Positions 37,403 through 46,794 of a stretch of DNA of 64,000 nucleotides are shown one piece after another. Below the pieces are notes generated by a model. That model did no database searches, was not told the DNA's origin, and was given only the letters and a program-made list of their open reading frames with translations. Numbering within the stretch: the first letter of the stretch is position 1; each line of letters begins with the position of its first letter. Where the stretch lies: positions 6,874 to 70,873 of the forward strand of contig DAOUBP010000157.1 of NCBI GenBank assembly GCA_034432655.1, written 5' to 3'. Position numbers and translations under genes: made by a program. The stretch is from Anaerolineae bacterium. GTDB taxonomy: Bacteria > Chloroflexota > Anaerolineae > CG2-30-64-16.

Positions 37403-39994
37403 GTGATTGCGACCCCTGCTTCCCATTGGACCCCAGCCCCCGCCGCACGACGCGGTGCAACCTGGCTCGTCATCGGGCTGATGCTGCTGTTCGCTGCCTG
37501 GTTCTCGGCCTACAGCATCCGTCTACATGACGCACACCTGACCCATAAGGCCGACTTGGGGCAGATTGATCATGCCATCTGGAACACGGCCCACGGCCGG
37601 TTACTGCAAGAGATAAAGGATGATCACCTCAGCACGCGGCTGACCGACCACGTGGAACCGATTTTTTTGTTGGTAGCCCCGATCTTCTGGCTGTGGGATG
37701 ACGTGCGCGCCCTGCTGGTGTTGCAAGCGGTGGCGTTGGCTGCGGGCGCCTGGCCGATTTACCTGTTCGCGCGCCAGAAGCTCATCCGGGTGGCGCCCGG
37801 CGCAATGGCGGAGTGGGGTGCAGCGGTATTTGCGGCAGCCTATCTTCTGTACCCGGCGCTGCAAGCAGCCGCCGTCGCCGAGTTCCACGCGCTGCCACTG
37901 GCTGCGCCGCTGATCGCGGCCGCGGTGTGGGCAGCCGAAGAGCAACGCTGGGGCCGGTTTGTCCTCTGGACTGTAGCAGTGATGGCGGTTCAAGAAGGCG
38001 CGGCGCTGTTGGGTGCCACGCTGGGCGCCTATGTGGCGGTCACCAGCGGTCGCGCCGCCTGGCAGAACCGGGTTTCGCGGAGAAACCCGATTTCGACGGG
38101 GCCACTCGCCAAGGGCGTCGTCAGTGGCCTGGGCGTCTTCCTGGCCGGCCTGGTTTGGTTCGGCCTTGCTACCTTCGTCATCATCCCCCGCTTTGCGGCT
38201 GCGGCTTACGCCCTGGATCAGAGCCCTTACGTGGCCCGTTATGGCGCGCTGGGCGATTCTTTCGGAGATGTGTTGATCGCCCTGGTCACCCGACCTGCGA
38301 CAGTCGTGCAAATCGCAGGGGAGCCGCTGCGCGTGCAATATCTGCTGGGACTGCTGCTGCCCGCGGCCGGGCTGGCATTACTCAGCCCCGGGCTACTGCT
38401 GGCCAGCGCACCCTTGCTGCTGGCGAACCTGCTCAGCGCGTTCCCCTTGCAGTTCTCGGGTGAATCGCACTATTCTGCTGCGTTGGTACCATTCTTTGTG
38501 CTGGCGGCTGCCTCAGGTGCGGCACGGGTGCTGGGACGTCAGAAAGCGCAACAAGGCTGGGCAGCCTTGATGGGCAACCGGCTGCCGGCCTTTATGTTCA
38601 GCGTCGTAGCGATGTGCGCCATCGTGTTTCAAGTGGCCGAAGGGTTCACACCCATCGGCGGCGAATTCCGACGGAGCCCCAGCCGAGGCTGGCCGGAGGT
38701 GACTGCCCATCACCGACTGCTGGAGCGCCTCGCCCGCGACATCCCGGCCGACGCAGCCGTCTCTACCACACCGCCGCTACATCCACATCTCTCGCACCGC
38801 CAGCGCATCTACCTTTTCCCGGTCATCGGGGACGCGGACTATGTGCTGGTAGATGTGGCCGGCACCACCGACATGCACCCGGCCGATGTCAAGGCCAAAC
38901 TGGAGCGACTGATCGCCACCGGCGAGTTTGGCGTGGTGGCTGCCGAGGACGGCTATCTGCTCTTGGCCCGTGATGCAAGCAGGCCAGTTGGCGGCGTTCC
39001 CGATCCCTTCTTCGACTTCGCCCGGGCCAAAAAGCCACCACGCTACCCTCTGGATGTGACATTTGGCGATCATCTCACACTGATCGGGTATGATGTGGAG
39101 GATAACCCCAAATGGCGGCTGACGCGCTTGCGGTTCTACTGGCAGGTTGACAAGCCCTTGCCTGCCGACGCGACTTTAAAGTTTCAAGTGATGACGCCCT
39201 GGGGCGAAATCGCTGATGATAGTGCGTTGCGTCCCCCGCCAGCACTCCTGTGGTACCCGCCAGCGCAATGGCGTCCGGGAGAAACGTTGATGATCGAGAC
39301 CCTGCCGTGGTTCATGCCACGGGCCTGGGCCGCAACGCTGTCCCTCACAACCAGCTCCGGACCGTTGTGGCCGCAGGTCAACGCCGCATCCCCCGTCCCC
39401 GAGCTGGAAATAGCCCCGGATGGCCGGTTGCGCCTGCCGGCATGGACGCGAAAAGAAGGCGCATTGGTGCCGCTGAGCGGCTCGCCCTATCCCTCCGAAC
39501 CGGCCGAGGCGCGCTTTGCCCAGGGGAACTGGACAGTCCGATTGCTGGAATGGGCGGCGCCGATGGCGGCAGCGCCGGGTGGCGTTCTGCCGGTGATGCT
39601 GCATTGGCGCGCTAACGGCCCCGCCGGACAAGACCTGGCAGTGTTCCTGCATTTGCGCGACGCCACAGGGCGCACCGTAGCCCAGGGCGATGCCGGCCCG
39701 GCCTGGTTCGTGCCACGGCCGACCTCACAGTGGCCGACCAAAAACGGCGATCCCGCGGGCCTCTGGAGTGCCCATGCGATTTCACTGCCGGACGACATGC
39801 CGGAAGGCCGTTACGAGCTGGTGGTAGGCTGGTACGATTGGCAGAGCGGTATGCGGCTCCCATCAGTGGACGCAGTGGGGAACCCCAACGGAGATGAATA
39901 CGTCCTTGGCCCCGTAACGCTTGACCAACGGGCCGTACCGCGACCTGATATCGCTTGCCTGTTGCTGCCGGAAAGCTGTGCGGCGCAGGAGTGA
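37403..39994 (+). CDS. DUF2079-family polytopic membrane protein (putative GT-C-like glycosyltransferase) with large C-terminal extracytoplasmic domain
   Basis: HDAHLTHKADLGQIDHAIWNTAHG N-terminal motif. Multi-TM. Confidence 0.65.
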   Translation: MIATPASHWTPAPAARRGATWLVIGLMLLFAAWFSAYSIRLHDAHLTHKADLGQIDHAIWNTAHGRLLQEIKDDHLSTRLTDHVEPIFLLVAPIFWLWDDVRALLVLQAVALAAGAWPIYLFARQKLIRVAPGAMAEWGAAVFAAAYLLYPALQAAAVAEFHALPLAAPLIAAAVWAAEEQRWGRFVLWTVAVMAVQEGAALLGATLGAYVAVTSGRAAWQNRVSRRNPISTGPLAKGVVSGLGVFLAGLVWFGLATFVIIPRFAAAAYALDQSPYVARYGALGDSFGDVLIALVTRPATVVQIAGEPLRVQYLLGLLLPAAGLALLSPGLLLASAPLLLANLLSAFPLQFSGESHYSAALVPFFVLAAASGAARVLGRQKAQQGWAALMGNRLPAFMFSVVAMCAIVFQVAEGFTPIGGEFRRSPSRGWPEVTAHHRLLERLARDIPADAAVSTTPPLHPHLSHRQRIYLFPVIGDADYVLVDVAGTTDMHPADVKAKLERLIATGEFGVVAAEDGYLLLARDASRPVGGVPDPFFDFARAKKPPRYPLDVTFGDHLTLIGYDVEDNPKWRLTRLRFYWQVDKPLPADATLKFQVMTPWGEIADDSALRPPPALLWYPPAQWRPGETLMIETLPWFMPRAWAATLSLTTSSGPLWPQVNAASPVPELEIAPDGRLRLPAWTRKEGALVPLSGSPYPSEPAEARFAQGNWTVRLLEWAAPMAAAPGGVLPVMLHWRANGPAGQDLAVFLHLRDATGRTVAQGDAGPAWFVPRPTSQWPTKNGDPAGLWSAHAISLPDDMPEGRYELVVGWYDWQSGMRLPSVDAVGNPNGDEYVLGPVTLDQRAVPRPDIACLLLPESCAAQE

Positions 39995-40061
39995 CAGGGA
40001 TAGGAGGCACAGAGACACGGAGACGAAGGGTCAAGGGAAACGCGGAGAACAGCAGGCCAGC

Positions 40062-42191
40062 GTGAAACGAAACCGACGCGCCGATCCTGCTCGGCTCTGG
40101 CTGGCAGCCATGTTGCTGCTGGCCCTCGCCCTGCGCGTCTACCGGCTGGACGCGCAAAGTCTGTGGTACGACGAGGCAGTCACCGCGCAGGTGGCCGGCC
40201 GCGGCATCGCCGAGCTCACCCGCTGGACCGCCGATGACATCCAACCGCCGCTGTATTACTACGTGGTGGCCGGTTGGACGCGGCTGGCCGGCCGCTCCGA
40301 ATGGGCGCTGCGTTTCCCTTCTGCCTGCTTCGGCATCCTGACGGTGCCGCTGCTTTGGGCGGCCGGCCGGCGCCTGTTTGGCCGCAGGAACACCGGGCGC
40401 TGGGCGGCCGGCCTCGCGGCGTTGCTGGCTGCGACCTTACCGCTCTACGTCTACTACGCTCAGGAAGCACGCATGTACACGCTGCTGACGTTCCTGGGCG
40501 CCCTGGCCGGGTATGCCCTGCTGCGGACGACGGCCAGGAAGCCGGGGGCAGAGGACAGGGAGCAGGGGACAGGCGCCAGGGAGCAGGCAACCGAGGACAG
40601 GCAGCAGGAGACAGAGGACAAAGGGGCCAGGGAAACCAGTTCAGGCCGGCCAGGCGGATTTGCGCCCTTGGTTGTCAGGGCAACAGGCTCGACCTGGTGG
40701 CTCGTTTTCGTGCTGGCTGCGGCGGCCTTGCTCTACACCCACTACTTCGGCATCTTCTTGCTGGGCGCATATGGCATCTGCTGGTTGGCGTGGTGGACCC
40801 TGACAGCTCACGCGACAAGGCTGCGCTCGCTGACCGCGTTCGCGATCTCCGCCCTGACGATCATCGTGCTCTATCTGCCCTGGCTGCCGGCCATGCTCAA
40901 CCGTTATCGGGCCGACGCATCCTACTGGCGGGGCGCGCTGAAACTGGGCGAAGCGCTGCGCCACGTCGCGATCAACTTCAGCGTGGCCGCACCGGAGATG
41001 ATGCTGGAAAGCGAGGCCGTGCGACTGCTGCCCATCTTCGGCGGGGCCTTTGCCCTGGCCTTGATCTCGCTCTTCTGGCAGGGCAGACATGCGCGCCAGG
41101 CCAGCCTTCTGCTGATCGTCCTGCTGGTGCCGATAATCGCTGTGCTGTTCCTGGCCTCGCGCACCCCTAAGTTCAACCCACGCTACCTGATGCTGGCATC
41201 ACCGGCGTATGTGCTGCTGTTGGCGGGCGGCGTCAGCGCGCTGCGTGGACGACGTGAAAAGCCCCCGACACGACAAGGCATGCAGCACGCCACACGCAGC
41301 ACACCATACGCCATACGCCACACCTCAGCCCTCCTGCTGACCGCCTTCCTGGTTGCAGCGTCTCTGGTCAGCCTTCGTAACTGGTTCACCGACCCGGCCT
41401 TCACCAAGGCCCAGTGGCGCGAGTTGACCGCCTTGGTGCGCGCCGAACGCGCGCCAGATGAAGCTGTGCTGCTGGTCTCCGGCCATGCGTATCCGGCCTG
41501 GGACTACTACGCGGCCGATATCCCGGTTGTGCGGCTGCCCCAGATCGAGATCCTGGACGTCAACGCCGTGTTGGATTTCGGTGTCGGCGCAGAGCTGGCC
41601 ACTGCCCTGGCCGGCAAAAAGGGCGCCTGGCTGGTAAGCTGGCAGGATGAGGTAGTGGATCCCGTGGGGATCGTGCCCTACCTCCTGGAGCGCGCTGGGG
41701 CCGAGCAGGAAGTCCCCCGCAGCTTCTGGCACCTGAAACTACGGCACTGGCGGCTGCAGCCTGATGCCGCCTTCCCGACCGAGCCGCAACCCCAGCACCT
41801 CCAGGGCGCCAACTTCGACCACAAACTGGCGCTGTTGGGCTGGGATGACCCGGTGGGTGGCGAGATCATCATGTACTGGCGCGTGCTCAACATGCTGACC
41901 CAAGACTACCAGATCGCGCTGGTGATCGAGGACGCGGCAGGCAACCGGTTGGGCCAGTGGGATGGCCGGCCGGCCGGTTACCATTACCCGACGTTTCGCT
42001 GGCGGCCCGGCCAGGTTTTGTTCGGCCGTTACCCGCTCCCGCTGCCGGCTGGGGCGGCCGCCGGGGATTACACCATCACTTTGACCGTCTACGACCCCGC
42101 CGACCCCAGCGGCCTGGACATCCGTGACGTGGCCGATAACCCGGCCGGCAAACAGGCACGCCTGGGGCCGGTACGGATGAGGGGGGATTAG
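40062..42191 (+). CDS. GT-C glycosyltransferase, ArnT/PMT (GT39/GT83)-like, with heptad-repeat-encoded low-complexity inserts
   Basis: YDEAVTAQVAGRGIAE...DIQPPLYYYVVAGWTRLAG N-terminal loop motif. Multi-TM. The start (GTG 40062 or ATG 40110) is uncertain. Confidence 0.7.
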   Translation: MKRNRRADPARLWLAAMLLLALALRVYRLDAQSLWYDEAVTAQVAGRGIAELTRWTADDIQPPLYYYVVAGWTRLAGRSEWALRFPSACFGILTVPLLWAAGRRLFGRRNTGRWAAGLAALLAATLPLYVYYAQEARMYTLLTFLGALAGYALLRTTARKPGAEDREQGTGAREQATEDRQQETEDKGARETSSGRPGGFAPLVVRATGSTWWLVFVLAAAALLYTHYFGIFLLGAYGICWLAWWTLTAHATRLRSLTAFAISALTIIVLYLPWLPAMLNRYRADASYWRGALKLGEALRHVAINFSVAAPEMMLESEAVRLLPIFGGAFALALISLFWQGRHARQASLLLIVLLVPIIAVLFLASRTPKFNPRYLMLASPAYVLLLAGGVSALRGRREKPPTRQGMQHATRSTPYAIRHTSALLLTAFLVAASLVSLRNWFTDPAFTKAQWRELTALVRAERAPDEAVLLVSGHAYPAWDYYAADIPVVRLPQIEILDVNAVLDFGVGAELATALAGKKGAWLVSWQDEVVDPVGIVPYLLERAGAEQEVPRSFWHLKLRHWRLQPDAAFPTEPQPQHLQGANFDHKLALLGWDDPVGGEIIMYWRVLNMLTQDYQIALVIEDAAGNRLGQWDGRPAGYHYPTFRWRPGQVLFGRYPLPLPAGAAAGDYTITLTVYDPADPSGLDIRDVADNPAGKQARLGPVRMRGD
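40532..40640 (+). repeat. Heptad-periodic repeat (xxxCAGG units) inside GT-C CDS
   Basis: Encodes RKPGAEDREQGTGAREQATEDRQQETEDKGARE. A second heptad tract (CATACGC units) lies at about 41281-41322. Confidence 0.6.
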
Positions 42192-42287
42192 GGAGTGCGG
42201 ATGGCGAATTACGGACTGCCGCTCATGAGAATAATTTGAGTTGCAATTTTGACGTTGGGTAATCTATCGTTTAGACTCTCACCACCA

Positions 42288-42333
42288 TTCGTTGATTCGC
42301 CGATTCGCTGATTCGCCGATTCGCTATTCGCTC
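42288..42333. repeat. Heptad tandem repeat GATTCGC x6 (reverse complement of the GCGAATC family)
   Basis: Seen directly, upstream of the 42349 gene. Confidence 0.75.
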
Positions 42334-42348
42334 ATGCGGAGGTTTCTC

Positions 42349-43653
42349 ATGCGGGTGCGCCCCCGTTTGGTTTTGTGGTTTGGGCTGATGCTGTTGCTCA
42401 GCAGCTGTTCTCTGGGGCCGCTGTTATCTGAAGTCTCGGTCAACCCTGACGTCATCAGCCCCAATGCGGACGGCCAGGACGATGTTACATTGATCCGCTA
42501 TCGCATCAACCGGACCGCCGATGTTTCGATCTACTTTACGGACCAGAGTGGCCGACGCTTCTTCTTCCGCCAGAACGAACGCCGTTCGCCCGGCAGGTAC
42601 AACGTCTATTGGGGCGGCGTCATCAACGATCCCGAGGTGCGCACGTTGAACGGCAGCACCATGTTGGTGGAAAGCCAGGTGTTGCCCGACGGCCGGTATC
42701 TCTGGACCATCGAGGCGGTGGATGACCGGGGGCGCAGTCAAAAGGTAGAGGGCCAGATGATATTGCAGGGCGCCGATACGACGCTGCCGGAGCTCCGCAA
42801 CTTCACTGTGGTGCCGCAAGAGTTCACCCCGAACCAGGACAGCATCCGCGACCGCGTCTCCATCTCATACTACCTGACCAAGAAAGCTGAACGTGTCCAG
42901 GTGTATCTGGAGCCTTTGACGCCGGTGCTGGGACGAACGCTGCCCAAGTATCCTGTTGCCGAGAAGCAGTCTTCCTCCACAGCCGAGCCCGGCGACCCCG
43001 GCTATCACGGCTATGACTATGATGGCGGCGTGGACCTCTTTGCCGAGCCGCCTCCCGATGGAGATTACATCGTCTGGGCCCGCGCGGAGGATAAGGTGGG
43101 GAACCGGGTGGTGGTTTCTTCCACTCTGACCATCAAAGAGGGGGGCAAACCGCGCGCTGAGGTGGTTGGGGGCGAGATTGATTGGGCCGGCGAGATGAAC
43201 CGCGTCGTCAGCGTACCGCTGGGACAAACCCTGTGTTTCACGGCTACCGTGCAGAACATCGGGCCGGTGCCCATCCGCACCGCCGGGCCCTGGCCCGGAC
43301 AGACCTTCAAGTTTAGCGAAAACTACAATACCCTGGCAGCCCGTTCGGGTGAGGCGTCATGGTACCAGCAAGCCGGCATCTGGCGGTTCGGCATCAACTT
43401 CGACACCACCGGCGTGGACTTCCCCTTCCGCTGGGCCGTGGGCCGGCCCGAGGACCTGGAGCTGCGCATCATTGACGGACAGCCGCAATACTACCTGTTG
43501 CCGGGGAAGCGCGGGCTGGTATCCGGCTGCATCGAGTTCGACCAACCGCCGCCGGTGGGCACTCTTTTCTGGTGGGGCGGCTTGATCCACGAGTTTGTGG
43601 AAGTGGCCAACAATTACATTGATCGGATCACCGTGTCGGTGGGCACGCCTTAG
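42349..43653 (+). CDS. Hypothetical lipoprotein/secreted protein
   Basis: GGAGG RBS. Signal with lipobox LLSSC. No confident domain. Confidence 0.5.
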   Translation: MRVRPRLVLWFGLMLLLSSCSLGPLLSEVSVNPDVISPNADGQDDVTLIRYRINRTADVSIYFTDQSGRRFFFRQNERRSPGRYNVYWGGVINDPEVRTLNGSTMLVESQVLPDGRYLWTIEAVDDRGRSQKVEGQMILQGADTTLPELRNFTVVPQEFTPNQDSIRDRVSISYYLTKKAERVQVYLEPLTPVLGRTLPKYPVAEKQSSSTAEPGDPGYHGYDYDGGVDLFAEPPPDGDYIVWARAEDKVGNRVVVSSTLTIKEGGKPRAEVVGGEIDWAGEMNRVVSVPLGQTLCFTATVQNIGPVPIRTAGPWPGQTFKFSENYNTLAARSGEASWYQQAGIWRFGINFDTTGVDFPFRWAVGRPEDLELRIIDGQPQYYLLPGKRGLVSGCIEFDQPPPVGTLFWWGGLIHEFVEVANNYIDRITVSVGTP

Positions 43654-43763
43654 GACAGGGGGTAGGGGTCAGAGGTCAGTCCTCGTGCTGCCCGGGGCGT
43701 GAAATCTCAGGCAACTCCTGCCGGGTTGCCCTGCTGGGCAGCGGGTTAATGACGAGATGGGAG

Positions 43764-44822
43764 ATGGACGCGCAACACGGAGTACGCAATACGCAATACG
43801 GAGTACGCAATACGCAATACGGAGTACGCAATACGCTCGCCATCATCGTCGTCAGCTACAACGTGCGTGATTTGTTGCGCGCCTGCCTGCAAGCCACGTA
43901 CGCCAGCCTGGCGCTCAGCCCGGAGATCGCGGCAACCGTGTGGGTGGTAGACAACGCCTCGGCCGATGGCAGCGCCGAGATGGTAGCGGCCGAATTCCCC
44001 CAAGCGCGCTTGATCGCCAGCCCCCAGAATCTGGGCTTCGCCGGCGGCAACAACTTGGTGTTGCATGCACTGGGCTTTGGAGATTCAACACAACAGGATG
44101 ATCGGAAACACTCCCCAAGCCCCAATCCCCAATACGTCCTTCTGCTCAACCCCGACGCCGAACCCATCGGCGACGCCATCGGACAGATGGTCCGTTTCTT
44201 GCGCGAACACCCGGGAGTTGGTGGCGCCGGCGCGCAGCTCCAGTACCCCGATGGCAGATTTCAGCACGCCGCGTTCGCCTTTCCGGGGCTGCTGCAACTG
44301 TGGTTCGACCTCTTCCCCCCGCGGCCGCGGCGGCTGTTAGATTCCCGCCTCAACGGCCGCTACCCCAGACGGCGCTACCAGGCCGGGCAACCCTTCCCGG
44401 TTGATTTCGTCTTGGGCGCGGCGTTGCTGGTGCGGCGAGAGGCGATCGCGGCGGTGGGCCTGCTGGATGAGGGCTACTTTATGTACGCCGAAGAGGTGGA
44501 CTGGTGCTGGCGGATGCGCCGCGCGGGCTGGCCGCTATGGTGCGTGCCCTCGGCCCGCGTGATCCATCATGGCGGCGCCAGCGCGCAGCAATTCCGCTCG
44601 CAATCGTTCGTCAACCTCTGGCGCAGCCGCCAGCGCTTGTATTCTCGTTTCTATGGGCCGCTGCGGCAAAGGCTGGCAAGCTGGATCGTGCGCCTGGGCA
44701 TGGCAGCCGAGATCAGGCGGGCAAAAGCCGGCTACAGACGCGGGGAGATCAGCATGGAAGAACGGGAGGCCCGAATCCAGGCAGCGCAAACCGTGAAAAA
44801 GCTATTCGCGAGGAACAGATGA
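43764..44822 (+). CDS. Glycosyltransferase family 2
   Basis: IIVVSYNVRDLL...VDNASADGS...GFAGGNN GT2 motifs. The 5' end carries a repeat-encoded (GVRNTQY)x3. Confidence 0.75.
   Translation: MDAQHGVRNTQYGVRNTQYGVRNTLAIIVVSYNVRDLLRACLQATYASLALSPEIAATVWVVDNASADGSAEMVAAEFPQARLIASPQNLGFAGGNNLVLHALGFGDSTQQDDRKHSPSPNPQYVLLLNPDAEPIGDAIGQMVRFLREHPGVGGAGAQLQYPDGRFQHAAFAFPGLLQLWFDLFPPRPRRLLDSRLNGRYPRRRYQAGQPFPVDFVLGAALLVRREAIAAVGLLDEGYFMYAEEVDWCWRMRRAGWPLWCVPSARVIHHGGASAQQFRSQSFVNLWRSRQRLYSRFYGPLRQRLASWIVRLGMAAEIRRAKAGYRRGEISMEEREARIQAAQTVKKLFARNR
43779..43836 (+). repeat. 21-nt unit (GGAGTAC-GCAATAC-GCAATAC) x about 3 within the 5' coding region of the GT2
   Basis: Seen directly. Confidence 0.75.
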
Positions 44823-45607
44823 GTGAACTTTTGTACCCTGTTCAGCTGGCGGCCATTATCCTGACCAAAAACGCGGCCCGCCATATCGGCGACTGCATCG
44901 CCACCCTGGCGTTCGCCGACCAGGTCGTGGTCTCCGACTCGTACAGCGACGACGGCACGGTGGAACTGGCCCGCCAGGCTGGCGCGATCGTGATCCAGCG
45001 GCCGTTCGACAACTTCGCCGGTCAACGTAACGCGGCTATGGAGGCGGTGCAGGCCGAATGGATCTTCTTCGTGGACGCAGATGAGCGCATCCCTCCCGCG
45101 CTGGCCGCAGAGGTGCGGCAGGTGATTGCCGAACGCCCCGAGGTGGGATGGTGGGTGCCGCGGCACAACTACATCGTGGGGCGACATGTACGCTACGGCG
45201 GGTTCTACCCGGATTATCAATTGCGACTGATGCGCCGGGATCGCGCGCGCTACGACCCAGCGCGGCCTGTGCACGAGGTCGTTCTACTGGACGGGCCTTC
45301 AGGTGAACTTCAGAACGTGATGATCCATTACAACTATGACACCTGGGCCCAATTCCACGCCAAACAACGACGCTACGCGCAACTGGAGGGAGAGGCTTTA
45401 CGCCAACGGGGCATAAGACCGTGGCCACATAAATTCGTGCGCCAGCCGCTGCGCGAATTCTGGCGCCGTTATGTCAGGTTACAAGGCTACCGGGACGGAT
45501 GGATCGGCTTCAAACTGGCGGTTTTACTAGGTTTCTACTATGGCTTTATGCCCCACTGGTATTTATTGAAAGGCGCCTCAGGATCCTCGGCAGCCCGGCG
45601 TCAATGA
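44819..45607 (+). CDS. Glycosyltransferase family 2
   Basis: ATGA overlap with the upstream GT2. LAAIILTKNAARHIGDCI and DSYSDDGT motifs. Confidence 0.8.
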   Translation: MSELLYPVQLAAIILTKNAARHIGDCIATLAFADQVVVSDSYSDDGTVELARQAGAIVIQRPFDNFAGQRNAAMEAVQAEWIFFVDADERIPPALAAEVRQVIAERPEVGWWVPRHNYIVGRHVRYGGFYPDYQLRLMRRDRARYDPARPVHEVVLLDGPSGELQNVMIHYNYDTWAQFHAKQRRYAQLEGEALRQRGIRPWPHKFVRQPLREFWRRYVRLQGYRDGWIGFKLAVLLGFYYGFMPHWYLLKGASGSSAARRQ

Positions 45608-46025
45608 GTCTTTCCAAAAGATCTGCTGTTTGCTCATACCCTTCGATGGGCCCTCCGTAGGGATCTGCCACCTCATCGTATTCGCCCGCCATCTCGGCAA
45701 GCAGAAAAACTTTCCCCAGATGTTGCGGGGCCATATAAAACAGCGACCGCCGATGCGCCTCCTCCATGACAAGCACAATATTTGCCTGGTCCAGCAGCGC
45801 AGGTGTCACCTGACGGGACCGGTGGCCGGTCAGATCGCAATCTCGCTGGCCCAACACTTTGACGGCATTGCGGCTGGCCTCCAAACCTTCCTCGGCCCAC
45901 ACGCCGGCCGACAGCACTTGCACTTGATCCGCCAGCCCCAGCTCAGCAATGCGACGGCGCATGATGGCAGCGGCCATCGGAGAACGACAAATGTTGGCAG
46001 TACAGACGAAGAGGATCGTTTTCAC
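45546..46025 (-). CDS. Low-molecular-weight protein-tyrosine phosphatase
   Basis: P-loop VCTANICRSPMA. Confidence 0.85.
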   Translation of the reverse strand: MKTILFVCTANICRSPMAAAIMRRRIAELGLADQVQVLSAGVWAEEGLEASRNAVKVLGQRDCDLTGHRSRQVTPALLDQANIVLVMEEAHRRSLFYMAPQHLGKVFLLAEMAGEYDEVADPYGGPIEGYEQTADLLERLIDAGLPRILRRLSINTSGA

Positions 46026-46084
46026 GAGGTCTCCAGAGGGGGCCTCCAGGCCCGGTACGGGCCTGGTGGCCGGCTGATCATCAA

Positions 46085-46645
46085 CTAGGCGAGCTCAGGC
46101 TGGATCAGCCCATAATCACCGCTGCGTCGGCGGTAGAGGACGTTGATCTGGTTCTGGTTGATGTTGTAGAATACATAAAAATCGTGCCCCAGCAGTTCCA
46201 TCTGCTCGATCGCCTCTTCCTCGTCCATAGGAATCATCTGGAACCGCTTCACACGGGTAACCCCCTTGCGCTCCTCCTCAGGGGCCTCCTCTGCGAGCGC
46301 CTCCTCGGGAAGCTGCGCCTCGATCTCACCGCCCTCACCCCGCCGAGCGCGGCGCCGACGCTTATGTCGGTCAATCTGGCGCTGCATCTTTTCAAAAACG
46401 GCATCCACCGAAGCGAACATGTCAGCTGACGCTTCCTCCGCCCGCAGGATCGCGTTTTTTGTCCGGAGGGTTACCTGCGCAATCTGCCGGTCTTCAGCGG
46501 CGCGAGCTCCGTCGGCAACGGCAAGCTCAACACGGCCATCAATGATATTGGGGAGGAAACGTTCCAGGCGGCCGATCTTTTTCTCGACGTACTTGCGCAG
46601 GTTGTCGTTGATTTCGAGGTTCTTGCCGGTGATGCTGAGTTGCAT
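46085..46645 (-). CDS. hpf: Ribosome hibernation promoting factor (long HPF/RaiA)
   Basis: MQLSITGKNLEINDNLRKYVEKK N-terminus. AAGGAG RBS. Confidence 0.9.
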   Translation of the reverse strand: MQLSITGKNLEINDNLRKYVEKKIGRLERFLPNIIDGRVELAVADGARAAEDRQIAQVTLRTKNAILRAEEASADMFASVDAVFEKMQRQIDRHKRRRRARRGEGGEIEAQLPEEALAEEAPEEERKGVTRVKRFQMIPMDEEEAIEQMELLGHDFYVFYNINQNQINVLYRRRSGDYGLIQPELA

Positions 46646-46794
46646 AGGCCTATGCTCCTTTCCGTAATCGTGGCGGCGTATGCGCTTTGACGATCAGCCT
46701 GCGGGGTATAGCCGATCGCTGGCCGGAATTTCGGGCGCATGAGGCCGCCGGATGTGGGTAAACAGATTTTAATCTGAGTTGTGCGAAAAGTCAA

